From NCBI GenBank assembly GCA_964270895.1, contig OZ185438.1: 64,000 bases of DNA. One strand, given 5' to 3'. A program made the translations under genes and the position numbers. Positions 39,101-54,100 of this stretch are shown in pieces. Source of the DNA: Podarcis filfolensis (Eukaryota). A model generated the notes under the pieces. The model had not been told where the DNA came from and did no database searches. It worked only from the letters and a program-made list of their open reading frames with translations. The stretch's first letter is position 1; every line of letters begins with the position of its first letter.

Positions 39101-42100
39101 TTTGAAAATAAAATAAAACTTCACAAGTAAAGTCAACTATGTCAGCAAAATACCATGATTGGAACAATTATTAGGTATTGTTCTAATGTGACATTTTGGC
39201 TGGCCTATTAAAGGCATTGCTCCAATATAAATTTAGTCCTGTAATTCTCCCTGGCAGTAGTAAACGCTTTTAAAGATTTTTGATTGTTTTAATTGGTATT
39301 ATCTTTATCTTTATCTTTTTTTCTCAGAGCTTTCCGTGGTAAACACATCTCTCTGGTAGTTCGTTTTCCAAATCAAGGGCGGCAAGTGGAAGACTTGGAT
39401 GTTTGGTCCCATACAAATGACACGATTGGTTCAGTTAGACGTTGCATTCTCAATCGTATTAAAGCCAACAGTGCACATACAAAAGTAGAATTATTTATTG
39501 GAGGCGAGCTAGTAGATCCGGCAGATGATAGAAAATTAATTGGACAATTAAATCTCAAAGATAAAACAGTAAGTACTGTAAATATCATATATTGATCAGC
39601 TTACTTATTTTTGAAAGTTCTCTGTTGAAAGGTAAATGAATGCATAAATATAATTTGAAATAATGGCATGCTTTGTGAGTAGCTATGGTATTAACAGTTT
39701 AATATATTTAGTCAAGTTTGCTATTAGAAAGATAACCGTTTTAACAATTTTGTACAATCTCTCCATTTTATCACTTTCTATTACTCCCCACCCCCCAGCT
39801 AATTACAGCCAAGCTTACACAGATAAGTTCCAATATGCCTTCAAGCCCTGATAGCTCATCTGATTCCTCGACTGGTTCTCCAGGCAACCATGGCAATCAC
39901 TATAGTGATGGTCCAAACCCAGAAGTTGAAAGTTGCTTGCCTGGAGTTGTAAGTAAAGAACAGACACACACTCAAAATTATAGACTGAAATTTATTATCT
40001 GATATTAGGAGCTGGTATCTCATGGCAGGTTTTTACTTTTATTTTAGATCATGTCACTGCATCCTAGATATATCTCATTTCTTTGGCAAGTTGCAGACCT
40101 AGGCTGTAGCCTAAATATGCCACCTCTTAGAGATGGTGCACGGATCCTTATGAAATTGATGCCACCAGGTAAAATTTATTTTCAGTGTATTTTCTATTTA
40201 TAGAAAGTGAAATGTAGAGCATCTTAGAAGCTACCTGTACAAAACAATCAAACTGCATGTTTAACTATCCAAGTTCAAAATCAGTGTGGGGATTCATCTG
40301 TGTGAGTGTTTAAAAGCAGTAGTCAGAGCAATAGTGCACACACTGTTGCCATTTCCACTCCAGAAAGTTCAAAGCGAGTATCAAGCTGCTTTTCCTCAAA
40401 CTGGTTTTGGGGTTCTTTGAAAGAGGTGGTCATGGAAAATTTCTAGTGCATGCCATCTCTCCAGTTTGCAGCATTTGTCTTGGGACTGAAGCAAAATGTG
40501 ATTTTCAAAGAAAAAAAGACAAAAATTCTCCATGTTCTTCAGTGCTATCTATTCCTTTGCAGTTTCAATGTATTACACTTTCCAAACGTGCTTCAGAAAT
40601 CTATATTGTATTCTCTGTGGGAAGAAACATCTTTAAATTGTGCTTTTATTCCAGATAACACTACTGTAGAAAAACTAAGAGCTATTTGTTTAGACCATGC
40701 AAAACTTGGAGACAGCAGCCTTAGTCCATCCCTTGATTCTCTTTTCTTCGGCCCTTCTGCATCACAAGTGCTATATCTTACAGAGGTTTGTAATATCTCA
40801 TTTTTAATATTTTGATACTTGAAATTTTCCTTATAGTATTATTTTTACACTGAATTCAGGGATCACACCCAAATTGCAGAGTACAGTGCTACCTCTAGTT
40901 GCAGACACGATCTGTTCAGGGGTGCCATTTGCACCCCGAAAAGTCTGCAACTAGAGCGGCACTTCTGCGCAGAGTGCGATAGAGCATTTCTGCGTATGCA
41001 CATGCGGTGAAACCTGGATGTATACACTTCCGGGTTTGCCGCGTTCTCAAGCCGAAAAGACACAACATGAACCTAACGCAACACGAGGTATGACTGTACT
41101 GCAAGGCCTTCCCATAGGACTGGATTGTGGGGAAGGTTGCTCATGGAGAAAAGAGCTTCATCACAAAATGTAAAGGAAGCAAATATGCAAAAACCATCCT
41201 CTCATCTTGCATTTCAGTATACTTAGTTTAAAAGTTTGCCGAATTATTTTTCCTGTTTTCTTTCTCCCACTTCTTTCCCCCTTGCAGGTAGTTTATGCCT
41301 TGTTAATGCCTGCCAATTTACCTCTGGGAGAAGATGCCACTGACTTCCAGTACAACTTCTTAAAAAGTGGTGGCTTACCTCTTGTGCTGAGTATGCTGAC
41401 CAGAAATAACTTCCTGCCAAATGCAGATATGGAAACAAGAAGGGGTGCCTACCTAAATGCTCTAAAAATAGCAAAACTATTGCTAACTGCAATTGGCTAT
41501 GGCCATGTGAGAGCTGTGGCGGAAGCCTGTCAGCCAGTTGTAGAGGGCACAAGCCCAATGTCACAGGTAATGTTAACTTTGTTCTTAAAGCAAAATCGTA
41601 AATGCTTTATTGCGATCTGATAACCAGTAAATATTTAAAGTCTGATATTGACTAGTATTGCTTAATTTGTAAATGGCTGTAGAAATACATTTTTTCTCAA
41701 CCATGTTAAATTTTTACAGTTGAAGATAGTATATTCTTTCTTTAAAATATTGAAAATAAATTGTTCCAGATCAACCAAGCAACTCATGATCAAGCAGTGG
41801 TGTTGCAAACTGCTCTACAGAACATTCCCAACCCAACCTCAGAGTGCATGCTAAGAAATGTAGCAATACGCCTTGCACAGCAAATATCTGATGAGGTTAG
41901 TATAATTTTCACTAAGTCCTCAGTTCCTGATTTAGGCTTAAGGCAGTGACTTGGGGAGTGGGAGAGGAGAATCTGTACTTTCCTCAGCAGTTGCTTATAT
42001 ATCCTTAATGGAAGCCTGTCTCTAGTGTGCAACCTGACAAAATAGAAGGAGCTTCCTTGGTGGCATATGGTCACACCTTAACGCTTCCTGGTTCTGTAGT

Positions 42101-45100
42101 TGCTGATTTGTATCCCTGTGCCAGGATACTGTCCCTTTCGAGAGGAGCACATGCTTTGCATTCAGAAATTCACAGCTCAGTGCCGTTTTAAAAATACATG
42201 GTAGTAGGTGATGAGAGAGACTTTGGCTAGAGACCCTGGAGAACCACTTCCCAAGTTGACAGTACAGGGCCAGATGGACTTGGTATGAGCTTCAGCCTCC
42301 AGTGCAAGAATACAGACTCATGGATTCAGATTTGTGGGAAATGTATTAAGTGTTTGCTTTTTTTACTCTTGCTCTCTATGCTTCTTTCTCCCTGTCTGAA
42401 GTAAAAACATTTGGAACAGTTATATTTGATGCTATCTTTCTATTTTTAGGCTTCAAAATATATCCCTGATATTTGTGTTATTAGAGCAGTGCAGAAAATA
42501 GTTTGGGCTTCAGGATGTGGATCAGTACAGCTGGTATTCAGTTCAAATGAGGATATTAGTAAAATTTATGAGAAGGTAAGAAATCCTAAGCAACCTTTTC
42601 TCTCAAACTGATCTTTGATAAGGGCTATCCTAGGAAATTCAGACTTCAAGTGGCCTGTTTAGAAATTGTAAGCATTTTTATATGATTTTAAATAATTTTC
42701 ATCTAATAGATTTCCGAGTTAAATTGTTGGTAGTTACTTTGCTGGCACTTTTGTTGAGAGAATGCCTTTATAGCTTTTAATAAAACACTTCAGTGTTACC
42801 TCATTGAAGCATAACTTCGTAGCAGTCTCAGTGCCTTTTTACAGTCCCATGTGGATGGAGAATTCTTGGGTTGGGGCAACTGGTTAAAACGATTTAAACA
42901 GTTCTAATTTTGGCTCCCCTGTTTTGTTTTTTTCGGGTTGGTGTTGGTAAAACGTTTAGTTGGGGTTGGCGGTTATTTTAATTTGGGTCTTCTTCTTCTT
43001 CTTCTTCTTCTTCTTCCTTTTCATTTCTATTGATCTATTGGTTTGTTTGTTGCTTTTATAGGATTTTTTTGTTTGTTTTTTGATGTTTTGTTACATTTTT
43101 ATATATGTTGTAAGCTGCCCAGAGTGGCTGGGGAAACCCAGCCAGATGGGCGGGATATAAATTTAAAAAATATTTTTTATTTATTACTATATTCCCCCTG
43201 CCTTTTCACTAATGCCTTTCCCCTTTCACATAATTTCAGCATTGTGTCAGAATTCATGTTTGTATGTGTGGCTGTAAATAAGATATCAGACCACATTATT
43301 ATAATTAATCCCTGTTTCAGTTGTAGGCCTTACTCAGGCTGTAGGTTGTAGTAAGTAGATGTTTGTTCTCAGTATTGGTTTGTATCTGAAGGGAACAGTT
43401 AAGAAAATCATTAGTTACTCTTCCATACCTGTTTAAAGCCACTTATTTCTGATTAATTTTACAGACAAATGCAGGCAATGAACCAGATGCAGAAGATGAA
43501 CAAGTTTGCTGTGAAGCACTCGAAGTGATGACCCTTTGTTTTGCCTTGATTCCAACAGCGCTGGATGCACTTAGCAAAGAAAAAGCTTGGCAGACATTTA
43601 TCATTGACTTGTTGTTGCACTGTCACAGCAAGTAAGTGGTTTTTTTCATCTCACAGTTGCTGACTCCAGGTGGCAGCAGGTGACTGTAGATGCCCAATTC
43701 AAAGTACACTTGCTGGGCTGTGATTTCATTTGTATATCTCTAGATCATAATGGCTATCACTATAACTGTGGTATGGTGAAGAGGCAAAAGCCCTTCTGTA
43801 CAAGCAAATGTGATTGCACAGAGCTTTCACTGATAGGACTGGTTAGGTCAATCCCACCTAATGGATCCAGATTTTCAGCTAGAAGCCAAAGGAGAGCAGC
43901 AACAATTATGATGTCATAAAGTCTCAACATTTCAGATGAAGTGTGCCCACAACTGGCTATGTCTTATCTCTTAAAGAACGATTCTCAAATATCTATATTT
44001 ATCATTCCCCCAAATGTTACAGATGTGATGGACATCCTTGATTCTAAACTATCAGAACCAATTTGTGGGCTATCACAGATTCCACATTTAACATTCATCA
44101 GAAAGGACAGGTGATCTCCTACCCTTTATGGATCTGGTGTTCAGGCTCTTGTTTTTGTTTTCTGTCAACTAAATAACTTATAAGTGCCATTGCATTTGGT
44201 CCTTTTTGGTTCAAGTGCCTTCACAAAACACAGCTTCCCTTGTCACCCTTCTACAGCTGCAAGTCTGCATGCCCACTGCTACTTGGAAGACCCGCATCTC
44301 CAGTGGTCTCTTTGGAATCTGACAGCACCTTCATAATGTACATTTCAAATTACATTCCTCTTCCCTGAATCCTAGGAACTGGGAAAGCAGTGACACTCCT
44401 GATGAACATGCAGGGAAACTGTCCAGCAAATCTCAAATAAGATTTGTCTTGTTTACAAAGTATCTGTATTAATTTGATTTTTTTCTGGTTAATTTTTTTC
44501 CAGAACTGTTCGTCAGATGGCACAGGAACAGTTCTTCCTAATGGCTACCAGATGTTGTATGGGACAGAGACCTCTGCTTTTCTTTATAACTCTGTTGTTC
44601 ACTGTTTTAGGGGTAAGGCATTTAAAACTCCACATTGTTACTTACACTGATGTCTATAAGAATTTCCTGCAATAGATTTTTATAGATACTTTCCAATAGC
44701 TCAGTGCAGTTAACAGATAATACTTGAAATACAGAAATTAAGATAGTATTATATATTTCATTTGCTTTTCCTTCTGAGCCCCACATTCAGTGTTATGAGC
44801 CTTGAGCATTTTATCACTGATACCAGTATCATGATTAATTCTACAATCAACTGGAGCTGTTCCTAGCTTTGAAACCAGGTTCACAAATCGGTATACACAT
44901 GAAAACATTCAAGGTGGTTTGAATTGGACCCCTTTGAGTTGCAGCCAATTGATGTAGAAAGAAGGTTGCTTTTGCAGTAGGTCATTTTTCCCCTCTTGGG
45001 GGTTGGTGGACCTTCATGAAAGGTCTGGAGTGCGTTGGTGGGGCACAGTGAGAGGCGGAATTGCTGAAACTTGGGTTGAGGCAGCTGACATTAATCTTGC

Positions 45101-48100
45101 TTTTGGATGCAACCCATTGGTTTTGTTAATTTCTTTAAATCTCCAATTACATTTATAATCTACATTTTTGGACTGTTTGACAGATGGCTAACCTGTGATA
45201 CTACAGGTATTGTTGGACTGCAACTCCCATCAGCTCCCACATGGTCATTAGTTAGGGAGAGCATAGGTAAACTATGATGGCCACCAACTTGGATGGTTTT
45301 AAAAGGGGATTTGACAGATTCCTGCTATCAGAGCAGTATGCACTCAGGTCATGTTTGGGGACTTTGCATAGGCCATCTGGTTGCATAGGCCAACTGTGAG
45401 AACAGGATTCTGAACTACATCGGGGGTGGGGAAGATTAACCCACAGGTTAATCTTAGTCTTCCAGGCGGTCCATTTGGCCCACCGGATTTCCCCCCCGCA
45501 AATCATGGCCACCCACTCATCAGCTGTCATCACTAGCAATGTCAGCAGATAGGTGAAAGAGCAGGATTCAATATTGCATTGGTTGTGCGATCCTGGTCCC
45601 AGCAGACAAGAGGATCACACCGCCTAGACATTAGGATTTAATCTCCACATCAGCTAATGAGCAAAGAGTAGAGATGGGAGCTAGATCCATGCAATATAAG
45701 GTATTTAAAAGGGAGAGGTGGGGGGGGGGAGAGAGATCTGCAAAGGTTTTTGCAAGTCTCCTCCCCAATGTCAAGTAAAGGCAGTGTGCTGGAGAAGTCT
45801 CCATGTTGTCTTTGCTTGCAAGACCCACCTCTCCCTTACATGTCAAGTGATGGAGAAGGGCTAAAGAGGTCGCCACTCTTGCTTTAAGAAACATTCTGTG
45901 TTGCTGTTAATGTAAATTACCTTTTTGAATTTACTCATGACCTCTTTCTCTTACAGAGTACTGCACGAGAACGTGCTAAGCATTCAGGGGACTACTTTAC
46001 TCTATTAAGACATCTTCTTAATTATGCATACAATAGTAATATTAATGTGCCCAATGCTGAAGTTCTGCTTAATAATGAAATAGACTGGCTTAAAAGGATT
46101 AGGGTAAGTTTTGTTGTTAGTTTTATTAATTTTACTGATCGTTTTATCTGTTAACAGTTATGTTTTATCTGCCATGTTTATAAGACAGAAGGTGGGAGCA
46201 TATTTGTAATGAGTTGTAGCAGTATGTATTTTCATTTTAAAGTGAGTTCCCAGAACTCGTGACACAGCGTTTTTTCTTTCCTTTTTCTTTTCTTTTGTTA
46301 GGATGAAGTGAAAAGAACAGGAGAAACAGGTGTAGAAGAGACTATCTTAGAAGGTCACCTTGGAGTAACAAAGGAATTATTGGCATTTCAAACTCCTGAA
46401 AAAAAGTACCATATTGGATGTGAAAAAGGAGGTGCTAATCTCATTAAAGTAAGTAATTGCTATATGGAAAAAACTAAAATCATAATGAAGTAGCTTGGTA
46501 AGTAGGACCTTGTAAACAAACATATAGATTTAATTAAATTTGAATAATTTTTAGGAGAGCAGGAAATGGTTTTTATAGAAATGTACGAATTCAGTCCATC
46601 ATAAAATTGCTGCTGATAATCTTGTGAGAAACCCACTTTTTAACAAATCAAAGACAAAAGTGAATGATGGATTATACTGTGAGATAAAGCTGGAATTCAT
46701 AACTTCTCAGTTTAATGTGAAGAAGGACTTCATTGATGACTTGTCCCTTCGTTGATGACTTGTCCCAGGGCAGGCAGAGTTGCATGATTTAGCATTACCG
46801 TACAGTAATAGATTGGCTCAATTCAGTGTGCTATCCATTGTGGTTTTTTTTAAACATTTCCTATGAATTTTGATCATGCTGGAGCATGGCTAAAGGATTG
46901 GAAGGGCTAGGATTGGGTGTATGTAAATTATAGAGGGCAAGTGGGCTGTTTCTTAGACTCAGGAAAATGGTGCTAGGTTTCCTTTTTGCCTTGGAATCCT
47001 TGTTCAGGCTTCCGTTCCTTCTAGTAGTTGACCCCCAAAGGTTTAAAGTCATGAGACATTTTGAATCTTTTTGAGTTGTGGAATAATCTATTGAATTGTA
47101 TTGTCTTGCTATTGTTTGAAGTTATGAGATGTATTTCTCATTGTGTATTTTAATTGTTTATGTGTTGACCAGTTTGCTGTTTTGAATTAAAAACAGTATA
47201 TAAATGGCAATAAAATTATGGATAACTTGATTTTTTTTCACTTTCCCTTTTTTGTTTTTCAGGAGTTAATAGATGATTTCATCTTTCCAGCCTCGAATGT
47301 TTACTTACAGTACATGAGGAATGGAGAATTGCCCGCTGAGCAGGCCATACCAGTCTGTAGTTCCCCAGCTACTATTAATGCTGGATTTGAGTTGCTAGTA
47401 GCACTTGCAGTGGGCTGTGTCCGAAATCTCAAACAAATAGTAGATACTTTGACTGAAATGTATTATATAGGCACTGCAATAACTAGTAAGTATTTTTCAT
47501 AGATTTTATGCTCTATTTAATATGAAGCTTATATTGATTTAAATATTTGTCATGTTTTAGACATGATTGGAAATCAAATAATTGCATATACTTTTTGCTT
47601 TTCCAAAATGGTATTTTGTTTGATATCGAATGATGTAGACCCATTTGAAATCAGTGACAAGTAACAAGCCCATTAATGTCATTGAGTATTCTAATTGACA
47701 TTGGATATAATCATTTGTCTTTTCCTTGAAGTAATTGCCAGATATATTAATTATAATTCCTAAGATGAAATGCATAGAGAATAGTATCTGTGGTTGGGAT
47801 GCATGCTTTGCATATTGAAGCAGTTCCTGTATAGACATAGGCATTTGTAGTAGGATTTTCCATTTCAATAAATTTACTGACATCTGAGGCTGCTTCAGAG
47901 GCACCCAACGGTCTAAGGTTGTTGTGGGGAGTTTTTTTGGGGGGGGAGGGGGGCAGGGAAAATACATGGAAGGAGGTGTTCCCATTGGTGCAAAGACCCA
48001 CCATAGATCTTTGAATCTTGTCCCATTTGTTTACAGGCTTAGTATAAGCAAGCTAATAAATTGATTTACAAATCTCTCAAGAATGCTAGTGATCTCTAAA

Positions 48101-51100
48101 TAGTATAATTATTTAAAGCAGGAGTAGGCAGTGTAGTGTCCAAAACACTTGGTGGGCACCATGTTGACTATCCCTGATTTAAGGGGTACTCAATTTTAAG
48201 CTGCTTTTTATTGTAGGCTTCATTTTGATTAAATGCAAATATCAAATCTGAGATTTTGTGTGCCAAGGACTGGAATAAGAAAATATACTTAGTAAGTCTC
48301 ATTGATCACTGGAACAGGCTTTGAAATGAACTTATTCAGTACTAGGGTATTAAGCTAATGGCTGTTCAGAAGTGTATAGTTTTATTTAGAAGCTGAGCTA
48401 ATTTTCTAATACAATTGATTTCTCCTAGCTTGTGAAGCACTAACAGAATGGGAGTATCTTCCACCTGTTGGACCACGACCACCAAAGGGATTTGTAGGGC
48501 TAAAAAATGCAGGTGCCACTTGCTACATGAATTCTGTCATTCAGCAGCTGTACATGATTCCTGCCATCAGGAATGGAATCCTTGCAATTGAAGGCACAGG
48601 AAGTGATGTAGATGATGATATGTCTGGAGATGAGAAGCAAGACAACGAGGTAACACTATATTGTTTTTGACAAATTTTAATGTAGTTTAAGACTTCCCCT
48701 CCTCCCATAGCCCTATACTGTATATCTAGTTGTAATGGGAGATATTCAACTTTACACATACTCAGAATTGATAAAATGACTTGAAGAGAAATAAAAAGGA
48801 ATTTATGGCCACTGGGGGCGGGGGGAGACCATAAAGTGATACTATTTGTGGAAACCGGAGAACAATTCCAAACTGGTGCAACACAATAGAATGCCCACTA
48901 TCAAAGCAATTGATATTGCTATAAATAAGCAATCAAAAGTTGGTAGTCCCATGCTGCTTTTTATTGTTTAATTAAACACAAAGATCTCAACCCATTGGGT
49001 GACACCCAAGTAAGGTCATACTCAGAGTAGTTCAACTGATTTCTGGGACAATTCTTTAATAATGTTAGTGGTACATTTTATTTAGCTTTTTTATTAATCT
49101 GCAATTTTCTTTTACATTGACAGCTGTAGAAAGTGTAATTTCAGTAAAATGCAGCAGTTTTTGAAGAATTGATCTGCTAGTTTTCTTAAGCAAAAATAGT
49201 CTTACAACACCTTAAAGACTAGCATATTGATTACGGCAGAAGCTTTTTGTTAGACTTTAAAGTGCCATAACAAGAACTCTTGGGTGGTTGTTATTAATTA
49301 AAGTAACATTTCCCCCTTTTCGGTATATGAGATTTCGTAATAAGGGTCAATTATAATGGGTAATGGGATAAAGGTATAATGACAATAAATCATCTTGATT
49401 GTATTTACTCTGAAAAAAGAGTAAAAAACAAACAAACTGTGAGGGCTGCTTCCCACGAGTCTTGTTTTTGTACATGAGTATAGATGTCCACATACATAGG
49501 TGGAAGTAAGTGGGTGCAAGATGGCTTTCTAGTCCTTTGAAAAGCCTCTCACAAGGGTAGGAGGAGCTTCCTATGCATGGCACAGTCATGGTGTTTTGGA
49601 CTTACTGAAAAAAGTAATTGGAAAAGACTGATGTCTGTTTCCATATCTGTAAAAATCGCAAGCGGAACAATCCTGTTGCTTAATATGAGAATCTTTAGGT
49701 TGCCCACCTGGACTTTGGAACTGAACTGCTTTAGTTGACGTTAGAACCTTCATAGGGTTTCATATGTACTTGCATTTAATCTGAGCTGCTACTATTATTT
49801 CTCTAGCAGACATTACTAGGTTCTGTTCATAAGGCATATTAATTTCTATTTATTTTTTCATGCTTACCATTTATATTACATTACTTTTTTAATGTTAAAA
49901 GAGCAATGTTGACCCACGGGATGAAGTATTTGGCTATCCACATCAGTATGAAGATAAACCAAGCTTAAGTAAAACAGAAGACAGAAAAGAATACAACATA
50001 GGCGTATTAAGACATCTCCAGGTCATCTTTGGTCACTTAGCAGCTTCTAGGTTACAGTACTATGTACCCAGAGGGTTTTGGAAGCAATTCAGGTAAATAG
50101 GAAATTAACTTATGTTGAACTGTGTTTATGTGAAGTCTTATGATAGAAACAGTATATGTTTAATGAAATGCAGTGGAATTTAATATATACTCCTTAAGTG
50201 ACACTGTGATGTGTATCTTTTTAATCATGCAGAAAGCAAGGTCAGGAAACCCCAAAATCACTGCATAGATGAAAATATTGGGCTAGTTCAGACATGGGCT
50301 GAGTGGAAGGGCCATAGCTGAGGGGTAAGAGCACCTGCTTTGTATGCAGGCCCCAGGTTTGATCCCTGGCATCTCCAGGTACAGCTGGGAGAGACCTTAG
50401 CCGGAAACCCTGGAAAGCAGCTGCCAGTCAGTGTAGACAAGTATGTTAGATGGACCAGTGGACTGACTCAGTATAAGGCAGCTTCCTGTGTTCCTATGTG
50501 TAGGGTGTAAATATGGCAGGAGCAAGCATTTACCCTCCTCTACAATAGGCAAAAGTCTTCAGTGTGAAATGGAACTTAGGCTTATACATTTCTATATGAG
50601 CAAGCCCCACTCATGAGAGTGGTCTACTGGTGGAGGAGGTGGCTGGAGTACTTGAGTAAGTTCCCAAGTTTCAGGCCCAGTAATGGTTCCAGGGCCTTAA
50701 GGCTCATATCTCTACCACGCTGAACATTTAGCCTTTTTATATCTGAACTAGAGCCGGGTCATTTCCCCCCAGTTTCAGAGTTCATCCAGTTTTGAGAATA
50801 CATTTCACATCGCTCCTCCCTCACCTCAGTAAGGGGAAGGCAGTGCAAAGTGATTTGTCTATCGGTGTTCAATTTGTGGTTCCCCAAATGGGCACCGCCA
50901 GTCTGCTATCTCTGTATGCTGAGTGCCACCCCGAGTAAGCCAGAGTACTAGGTTACGTATTTTAAGAGCTGTGCAGCACTTATGAGGATTGCTAGCTAAT
51001 TGTAATCTCAGCTTATATGAAGATAAATTTATATAATAGTGATGTAAACTACTTTAATTTTTTTATGCTACTTGATTTTGCTGTTAGAAATTCTGTGTGC

Positions 51101-54100
51101 TTTTATAATGAGAATCTTTTCCATCCTAGACTCTGGGGTGAGCCTGTAAATCTACGTGAACAGCATGACGCTTTAGAATTTTTTAACTCCTTGGTGGATA
51201 GCCTAGATGAAGCTTTAAAAGCCTTGGGTCACCCAGCAATGTTAAGTAAAGTTTTGGGAGGCTCCTTTGCTGATCAGAAGATCTGTCAAGGCTGCCCACA
51301 TAGGTAAGTGTTTCTTCTCTATCATCTCATTTTCATAAAATCAAAGTAATAATGGGCACCCACTAAAAATATGCTACAAGTCTCCCATTTATGGAAAAGT
51401 ACAGAGACCATTTAGGAGTGGTTCATATTAGCAAGTTACTCTAAATACAGCTGATGCAACGTTCTGAGCCATGTTGAGGAAAGTTATCAACCAAAGTTTC
51501 CAAAAAAAATTTCAGAGTCAGCTCTATGATAGCAAGACACACATTTTCTGACGTAATTAAGACGGCAATCACCAGATATTACATATCAGTTACATATCAG
51601 AGTATAGCCTGGTTCGTGCTGACATCCCCAGAGAAGCCTAGGCAACTCTATGGCTATAGCTGCTGACACTCAAGGCAACATGCTTTTGTGAGCCCACACT
51701 TAACGTTTGTAATTTGTCATTTGGTTTGACAAGTTGGACTTGCAACAAAATGATGCATTATGGCGCACTCCTCTTCTGGTGCCAGCCAGATATGCCTTTT
51801 TCATGTCCGTCTTCATTCCGCACCCACCCACCCCAAGATGCTCATAGTTTGTGATCTTATTAGACCTTATTAATTTGCCCCCCCCGCCCCTTAAAGAGTT
51901 TTGTCCTAAAGACATTTTTAGAGCCTGTAATATCTCCCTATTGTACATGGATTGTGCTGTTTTGGTTACAAAAGGCAACTGGAGAATGAATTTGTAATAT
52001 GGTCAAAATAAATACGGTACTATATCTAGAGTGAAATTTCAAAATGCTTTTTTGAAAGCTGATGCTGTGTAAATGTTAAATAATAGTGAAGCACCCTAAA
52101 TGTTCCTTAAGTGTATTCAAAATACTAGACTTTATGATATTTTACATTTTCAGATTAAGATGTACAGTAATCCCTACCAAAGTTTAAGTCCAGATTCTGA
52201 GACTGACTTGCCTCTTGGCTTGCTCACACATCACAGTTGTGGGTACTGATAGGAAGGTCTTGGTGCTGGTCATCATGCACTCGTGTCTATTGCTATTTTT
52301 CAGGACTGATAAAGTTGTGCTGAGACAGCTGAGAAAAAATGTCATAAGCATATTTATAACCTCTATGGAACAGATTTCTTGAGCGTTTTGTACACTTAAA
52401 ATACACATTTTTGGTACTGTTTTCAAAACATTGCTTCAGGATGAAAACATTTTCTTGAATTCATACTATTACTATGTCAGCATAACTTAACCTAATCTGC
52501 CAACAATTAATAGGTACGAATGTGAAGAATCTTTTACAACGCTGAATGTAGATATAAGAAATCACCAAAACCTGCTTGACTCCTTGGAACAGTACGTCAA
52601 GGGAGACTTACTGGAAGGTGCAAATGCATATCATTGTGAAAAATGCAACAAGAAGGTAACTGAAATACAGCATTTTTCTTTCTCCTTTTTCTCTTTTAAT
52701 AATAAAAAAAATACCTTTGAAAATTCATATGAACGTGCCAACTATTTAATTTTGGAAGACCTAATGCAATAACTGTAAGTCTCAGTTCTCCTACACAATG
52801 AAGCCATCTAAAATGTTTCAGGCATGGCCAAAGTTGGTCATGTTAGCTAGGGATAATGGGAATTGTAGTCCCAAAACAGCTGGAGGACCAAGTTTGGTGA
52901 TGCCTGAAACATTTTAGATGGCTTCATGGTGTAGGAGAACACATATTTCATAACCACAATTCAGGAAGGACTGTTAAAGCTGCAAACCAGTCTTTTCGAT
53001 ATTATATCAAATTTGTCTGTGATGTGCAATGCATAATGTATTGATAGTTACTTGGTATATTATAGCACTTTGACAAAGAATTGTGGCAGTATTTTTCACT
53101 TGCATTTGTAGTTGGCATTGATAATTTGCGCAGATAGAATACATTAACATGTGAATCTTTTATTCCTTAGGTTGATACAGTTAAACGCTTGCTAATTAAA
53201 AAGTTGCCCCCAGTTCTTGCCATCCAACTAAAACGATTTGACTATGACTGGGAAAGAGAATGTGCAATCAAGTTCAACGACTATTTTGAATTTCCACGAG
53301 AGTTGGACATGGAACCTTATACAGTGGCAGGAGTAGCTAAACTAGAAGGGGATGATGTAAATCCTGAAAATCAGCTGATACAGAATGAACAGTCTGAAAA
53401 TGAGCATTCTGGAAGTACTAAATACAGACTTGTTGGTGTATTGGTGCACAGTGGTCAAGCCAGTGGTGGACATTACTACTCTTACATAATTCAGAGAAAT
53501 GGTGGAGATGGTGAGAAAAACAGATGGTATAAATTTGATGATGGTGACGTAACAGAATGCAAAATGGATGATGATGAAGAAATGAAAAATCAGTGTTTTG
53601 GTGGAGAGTACATGGGAGAAGTATTTGACCATATGATGAAGCGCATGTCTTACAGACGTCAGAAGAGGTGGTGGAATGCTTACATTCTCTTTTATGAACG
53701 TATGGACACAGTAGACAGAGACAATGAACTAATAAAATATATTTCAGAACTTACAATGACCACTAAACCCCATCAAATTAAAATGCCATCGGCCATTGAG
53801 CGAAGTGTACGGAAGCAAAATGTCCAGTTCATGCATAACCGAATGCAGTACAGCCTAGAATATTTCCAGTTCATAAAGAAATTACTGACTTGTAACAGTG
53901 TCTATCTAAATCCTCCTCCAGGTTAGTGTTTGGATATTTATAATAAATTTTGACAAGAGGTAGTAAAAGTATATAGCTTTTAACATTTCTCATATTGTTG
54001 TGTATCATTTTAAACATTACAAATTTGGATAAGAGACTATTGTTCCTCAGGCATTTTCTAATATGTAAGAGCGATAGAAAAGACAAGGTTGCTGTTTCCT

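Noticed and set aside
39949-40047. 99-nt intron 20 as an in-frame retained intron
   Set aside because: In-frame TGA at codon 18.
50309-50375. tRNA gene
   Set aside because: The A/B boxes belong to a SINE head that continues into SINE body; no complete cloverleaf or terminator.
34281-51600. Small tandem duplications (34281-34321, 36410-36452, 46733-46766, 51579-51600)
   Set aside because: Ordinary slippage or repair duplications in neutral intron or TE sequence; no shared motif.
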